This document shows, in pieces, positions 59,785 to 64,000 of a stretch of DNA of 64,000 bases. The notes below the pieces were generated by a model. The model worked only from the letters and a program-made list of their open reading frames with translations, searched no databases and was not told where the DNA came from. This stretch comes from a virus. Taxonomy: Duplodnaviria; Heunggongvirae; Uroviricota; Caudoviricetes. Positions within the stretch are counted from its first letter, which is position 1, and each line of letters starts with the position of its first letter. The DNA lies in IMG/VR virus record IMGVR_UViG_3300042402_004854, positions 1-64,000 of that record; one strand, 5' to 3'. Made by a program: the position numbers and the translations under genes.

Positions 59785-61221
59785 TTACATTGGGCGTGTT
59801 GATAGGTTTTGCAATATTTTACCAATTAATTTTGCAATGGCTTCTTCAAGTTGAATCACCGTGGTCTCTGCTTTGGACACAGCATTTTTAACAATTTCAA
59901 CTGCTGAGCTGCTGTCAACAGTTGATGCAAAAATTGTTTGTTGTGCCAATTGATACAGTGTATTAAATCTAGTGTTGAATGTTGATTTTATATTTGAATA
60001 GTCTTGTCTTATGGTGTCGTAATAATCTTGTGCTATTGTACCACTGATTTGAAATGATATTAATCTATCTCGTATTTTGATCAAGCTGGTCTCGTACTCG
60101 TTTACAAAAGACAACAACGCTGTGGCCGATGCTGTGCTTGTAGCAAAATTATTTGCGTTAGATATTGTACTAGGAATCTTGCTGTTGCCTATAACTCGTA
60201 TTGATGCAGCATCAACTGTTTCTCGATTTACAGTATCAACTGCTGGAATTTCAAGCTTGATTCTTTTTGTGGCATCATTCAAAGATGATATCACTAGATC
60301 TATACCAAATGCAGCAGCGCGGCCCAAAGAATTCAAATACGCCATGGTATTGGTTTGCAATGCAGAGTTTGTGGCCCAGGTCGCAGTGTTTGCAACATCC
60401 TTGGCGGCGTTGACTGCCAATGCCCCAGCAACAGACGGTGTCATTGATGAAATGTTTATGCCCAACTGCAAGAGTTGTTGGGTGCCGGTTGTCATAAGAT
60501 CTTGTTGAATTTGCGTTTGTAATGCACCATTGCTGGTGATGCCTTCAACATTTTTAACACCGTCTTTTCCGGTCCACACAGCAGAGCTTGCCAAAACTAT
60601 GGTTGTCAGATTTTGATCCTGTGTTAAAAATTTTGCTGCTGTTCCTAATTTTATGTATCCTGCACGTTCAAGTTGTTCGCACGTTAACGCATATTTTCCA
60701 ACACCACTGTTGCTTACAGTTTCAGCTGTTTGACCAAGTACTTTTTCAACAGCTGCCATGGCAGATGTAATTTCTGCAACTGACAGATTTCCAACTGTGG
60801 CAGCCACAGCCGGTGTAGCCTTGGCATAATCACCAATTGACAATGGATTGTTTATTGTTGTGGTTCTTAATCTAGCACCAACAATGGCAGCAACTGTGTC
60901 AGTTATGCCTGTGGATGAAGTTACATTTATTGCACCTGAAATTTGTGCTGACAAAGATTTTGTGTTATAATTTAATTCAATACCAAGTGAATTGTTTTTT
61001 ATACCTGCAAGTTCTTGTGAAAAATTTGCTGTGGCGCTGGTCAATCCAGCTGTTGTTTGTGTAAAAGCACTCAACACATCACCTGCAGAAAATCCAGCCA
61101 ATGCACCAGTAGCAACTTGTTTGTCAAAAATAGCCTTAGCTTGTTCATAAGTCAGGCCTGCAGGACCTTTGACTTCAAAAGTTTTTGTTGTACCACTTAT
61201 AACAAAATTAAAAACTGCCAT
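59785..61221 (-). CDS. virion structural protein (478 aa), Ala/Thr/Ser-rich
   Basis: ORF track; abuts neighbours without gaps in the baseplate module. Confidence 0.5.
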   Translation of the reverse strand: MAVFNFVISGTTKTFEVKGPAGLTYEQAKAIFDKQVATGALAGFSAGDVLSAFTQTTAGLTSATANFSQELAGIKNNSLGIELNYNTKSLSAQISGAINVTSSTGITDTVAAIVGARLRTTTINNPLSIGDYAKATPAVAATVGNLSVAEITSAMAAVEKVLGQTAETVSNSGVGKYALTCEQLERAGYIKLGTAAKFLTQDQNLTTIVLASSAVWTGKDGVKNVEGITSNGALQTQIQQDLMTTGTQQLLQLGINISSMTPSVAGALAVNAAKDVANTATWATNSALQTNTMAYLNSLGRAAAFGIDLVISSLNDATKRIKLEIPAVDTVNRETVDAASIRVIGNSKIPSTISNANNFATSTASATALLSFVNEYETSLIKIRDRLISFQISGTIAQDYYDTIRQDYSNIKSTFNTRFNTLYQLAQQTIFASTVDSSSAVEIVKNAVSKAETTVIQLEEAIAKLIGKILQNLSTRPM

Positions 61222-61222
61222 T

Positions 61223-62722
61223 TTATTTTGCTGTAATCTCTACCCCGGCTGGAATAGGAACTGCTCCCGGGGGTGGGGGTGGAGTTCCAGGCTCAAATTT
61301 GACTTTGGTTTTAACACCTTTGTTGTGCCAAGGATATGGTTCATGTGTGGGAGCCCGACTCACAATGCTTTTCAATGATCCTTGATTTACCTTCCAACCA
61401 GTGCTGTTATCAAATTCAGTGTCATCAAGTGTGGTTTCTTCAAGTGCTTTTGGAGCAGACACCGAGTCAGCTGAGCCACTGTTCAAGTCAATCCCCCCGG
61501 CGTTTAATGAAATACTTCCGCCACCTGCCCAGCTGCCGTTTGAACTTTGCAATGCAATAGACCCGTCAGATTTTACACCTATGCCTGCTTTGCTGTACAC
61601 AGTCATTTTGTCCTTGGCAGTAAGTGTCATGGTTTTTGTTGCTTCAATTTGAGTGTTCTCAGTTGATTTAATGTTGATGTTTCTTTTGGCATACATGTTG
61701 ATGTCTTGATCAGCATGTAGATTAATATCGCCTTGAGTTCTAAAATTAACGGAATTAGATGCATAAACATCCACAGTGCCTTCACTGCCTAGCTCAATCC
61801 AGGTTTGACCATTTGCATGAATAAAGTACATGAAGTTGTCACTGTCGCTCATTAAAATTTGATGACCGCTTGAAGTTCTAAATCTTACCAGTTTGTCTTT
61901 ACCGTCAATGTCGCCATCATCCATGACAAAAGTATGACCGCCCATGCGTCCAATGACTCGCATGTCACTGGGTTTGAGTGAGTTACTGTCTGCTTTACTT
62001 TTGATATTTTGAGGAGTCATGCCACCTTGATAGATTGCAGTTCCGGGTGTGCTAATACCGTAACACTGGCTGGGACTCTCGCGTTGGCTACTTGATGCAA
62101 TAGGCCCACGTGCAATGTCTTTGACGATACCTTGTTGAAACATCACTGCTGCTGATACACTTTGAACTGGCTTTGGTTTGTCAACAAATTTGCCATCTTC
62201 TTCATATCCAATATTGTTGATATTGATTTCAGTGACCGGCAATTGAGAGGCGCCTTCAAAATAAGACTTTTGATTGGTGTTGTCTGTGGAAAAGTGTTTG
62301 CTGGCACCTATTGCAGGAACCATGTAGCCAACTGTTTGCTCGGGAACAACACCAATATAAAAACCTTGGCTTCGGTCTCCATTGGCAAATATGCACAACA
62401 CAACTACTCCAATATCAGGAGGAGTAAACCACATGCCATAACTGTTGGTGTTGCCAGGGTATGAGCCGTTGCCCGAGCTGCCTGCATAGTTGCCTGTGTA
62501 TCCAAAAAATCCTGGCAAATAACTCACGGTGGTCCACTTGCTGCTGTCTTCAGAGTCTCCGTCTGCAAATGTTGCAATATACACTTCTAACCGACCTGAT
62601 CTTGTGGGGTCAATGTTGTTTTTGACCACGCCATAAAATGGGCCAAAATCTGTGGGCACGTTGCCCCGGTCCATTTTGTAATTGACCGGACGACCGCGAC
62701 TTCTTTGAATATCATCTGCCAT
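61223..62722 (-). CDS. baseplate hub/central spike-like protein (gp5/gpV-like; no lysozyme domain evident)
   Basis: N-terminal YGVVKNNIDPTRSGRLEVYI (OB-fold-like hub N-domain). Central VIGRMGGHTFVMDDGD...SGHQILMSDSDNFMYFIHANG resembles spike beta-structure. C-terminal PPPPPG. Confidence 0.45.
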   Translation of the reverse strand: MADDIQRSRGRPVNYKMDRGNVPTDFGPFYGVVKNNIDPTRSGRLEVYIATFADGDSEDSSKWTTVSYLPGFFGYTGNYAGSSGNGSYPGNTNSYGMWFTPPDIGVVVLCIFANGDRSQGFYIGVVPEQTVGYMVPAIGASKHFSTDNTNQKSYFEGASQLPVTEININNIGYEEDGKFVDKPKPVQSVSAAVMFQQGIVKDIARGPIASSSQRESPSQCYGISTPGTAIYQGGMTPQNIKSKADSNSLKPSDMRVIGRMGGHTFVMDDGDIDGKDKLVRFRTSSGHQILMSDSDNFMYFIHANGQTWIELGSEGTVDVYASNSVNFRTQGDINLHADQDINMYAKRNINIKSTENTQIEATKTMTLTAKDKMTVYSKAGIGVKSDGSIALQSSNGSWAGGGSISLNAGGIDLNSGSADSVSAPKALEETTLDDTEFDNSTGWKVNQGSLKSIVSRAPTHEPYPWHNKGVKTKVKFEPGTPPPPPGAVPIPAGVEITAK

Positions 62723-62723
62723 G

Positions 62724-64000
62724 TTAGAACTCTTTGTTAATTAATTGCCGCAACTGAGTTGCAGTGATTGACTGTGTGTTTAATAAATTACTGTTGGTAA
62801 GTCTATTTACAGTGGATGTGTTGGGCACACCAACCACTTCAGTCCCGCCGCCTGAACCGGAAGTTGCTGGTAATGGTGAGTCTGCATATGCAATGATACC
62901 TGGCGTTGCCAGCTCACTTACATTGGTAGGGCTTCCTTCATCAAATCTTGGATTTCCGTTAAATGGCGGGGTTGCCAGCATGGGCAAATTGGCCTTGCCA
63001 AACTTTGTTGCAGCAGAGAATGTGTTTGGATTGGCTTTTATTCCAAGTGATTGTGCAATTCGTTGCACTCCCAAGTTGGGTGCAGTTGGAACTCTATTGA
63101 TATTGGTTCCACTTATGCCAATACCTTCTTGATTCAATCTAGAAGTGTCTTCTGGTGCGTCTATTGAGTTTGGTGTTGGCGCTGTCACAGCTTTGTTTGT
63201 GGCATTGGGTTTGAGATACAAAAACAAACTGCCTTCTATATTTTGTTCAAACTTGCCTTGTTTGAATTCACTTACAACTTTGCGACATTGATACACTCTT
63301 GATTGTACAGTTTGATTTTGCCGCCCGGTGGCTGACGTAGGATCAATCAGTCCTGAATTGATGTCATAATCATATGGTCTAGTCCAAACAACTTCAAACA
63401 TCACTTGAGAACTTTCGAAGTTTATGCTGCCGTCGGGGTTAAACGGCCCGTAATCAAAACTGTTGCTTTGAATTCCGCCGGCCACTGCACCTTGTTGAAT
63501 CCATGCAGGATCACCAACAATTCGCATTTTGCAGTTGGCCAAATCCCCCGGACTATACAAGCTGTCTGCAATACTGGCAGAAACTTCGTTGCCGCGGCCT
63601 TCGCTGCCTTGTCTGGTGTCATTGCTGGCTGCTTGATAATTGTAAAACGGTTGATCTCGTTGGGCAGCAATGAGTTTTCTACGTTGTTGTTCTGCTAGGC
63701 TGTTTTTGGGATTACTGCCACTTACTGTGACATTGAACAGGCTGTTGAGTTGTTCTTGATATTCTAGCACTGCTGTGTTTTGACCGGTGAACCAGTAAGG
63801 ATAACTTTTGTGTACACCTTTGAATTTGGCCGGTGGAAAATACTTGCTTTCGTAATTTTGCAGAGGATATTTACTGACTGTGTAAGTTATGCGTTGAGCG
63901 TAATCATTTCTCAGTTCATCATAAGGCTCAATCGGCTCACTGGTGACACTGACATTGAACCAATTGACAGGATCACCGTTGTTGGCCTTGGCAATTGCTT
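62724..64000 (-). CDS. virion structural protein, 5' end beyond window (track ORF 62724..63770 is truncated at an internal GTG)
   Basis: The reading frame stays open from 63771 through 64000 with no stop (...WFTGQNTA then LEYQEQL...), so the gene starts outside the window. Confidence 0.55.
   Translation of the reverse strand, partial: AIAKANNGDPVNWFNVSVTSEPIEPYDELRNDYAQRITYTVSKYPLQNYESKYFPPAKFKGVHKSYPYWFTGQNTAVLEYQEQLNSLFNVTVSGSNPKNSLAEQQRRKLIAAQRDQPFYNYQAASNDTRQGSEGRGNEVSASIADSLYSPGDLANCKMRIVGDPAWIQQGAVAGGIQSNSFDYGPFNPDGSINFESSQVMFEVVWTRPYDYDINSGLIDPTSATGRQNQTVQSRVYQCRKVVSEFKQGKFEQNIEGSLFLYLKPNATNKAVTAPTPNSIDAPEDTSRLNQEGIGISGTNINRVPTAPNLGVQRIAQSLGIKANPNTFSAATKFGKANLPMLATPPFNGNPRFDEGSPTNVSELATPGIIAYADSPLPATSGSGGGTEVVGVPNTSTVNRLTNSNLLNTQSITATQLRQLINKEF

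Noticed and set aside
1-64000. tRNA genes, CRISPR arrays, integrase or transposase indicating a mobile island
   Set aside because: Noncoding gaps are all under 100 nt and are accounted for by small ORFs or hairpins. No recombinase-like ORF or att-like long repeats were seen. The only repeats are the 32-bp junction duplication and in-frame protein repeats.

Overview
This window looks like a segment of a marine T4-like myovirus (cyanophage-like) genome. It is densely packed, with overlapping start and stop codons and no tRNA, CRISPR, integrase or transposase.

Layout:
- 1-4.9 kb, + strand: small early-type phage genes, a near-consensus sigma70-type promoter (753-781), an SPFH/band-7 lipoprotein (843-1637) and a flavin-dependent thymidylate synthase ThyX (3867-4547).
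- ~4.9-37.8 kb: an unusually large carbohydrate/aminocyclitol-like biosynthetic island. It starts on the + strand (4884-13419) and then runs on the - strand (13416-37827).
- 37.9-64 kb, - strand: a co-directional baseplate/tail-fibre module with Thr/Gly-rich fibre proteins, a giant 4843-aa structural protein, gp6-like and gp25-like baseplate wedge proteins and a hub/spike-like protein. The last gene runs off the window edge.

Contents of the biosynthetic island:
- two SDR epimerase/dehydratases
- two glycine-amidinotransferase (AGAT/StrB1)-like paralogues
- a DegT-family PLP sugar aminotransferase
- a NodU/CmcH/TobZ-type carbamoyltransferase
- a SAM methyltransferase
- five GT10 (alpha-1,3-fucosyltransferase-like, TEKxxKP motif) paralogues
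- two GT-A-like DXD proteins
- a split ADP-heptose synthase (HldE kinase and adenylyltransferase as separate genes)
- a cupin protein
- nine radical-SAM (CxxxCxxC) enzymes: a six-member paralogous family with a Cys/Trp-rich N-terminal extension, two large B12-binding-class paralogues and one separate standalone rSAM (33110..34237).

Other notable details:
- Two conserved 33-34-aa small ORFs are translationally coupled directly upstream of the methyltransferase and the carbamoyltransferase.
- A 32-bp direct repeat that duplicates a gene start flanks one gene, like a cassette-insertion scar.
- A GC-rich hairpin terminator separates the structural and biosynthetic modules.
- A perfect AT-rich palindrome plus an ATAAATA late-promoter-like box precedes the gp6-like gene.

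All functional calls come from motif recognition by eye. No database searches were run.
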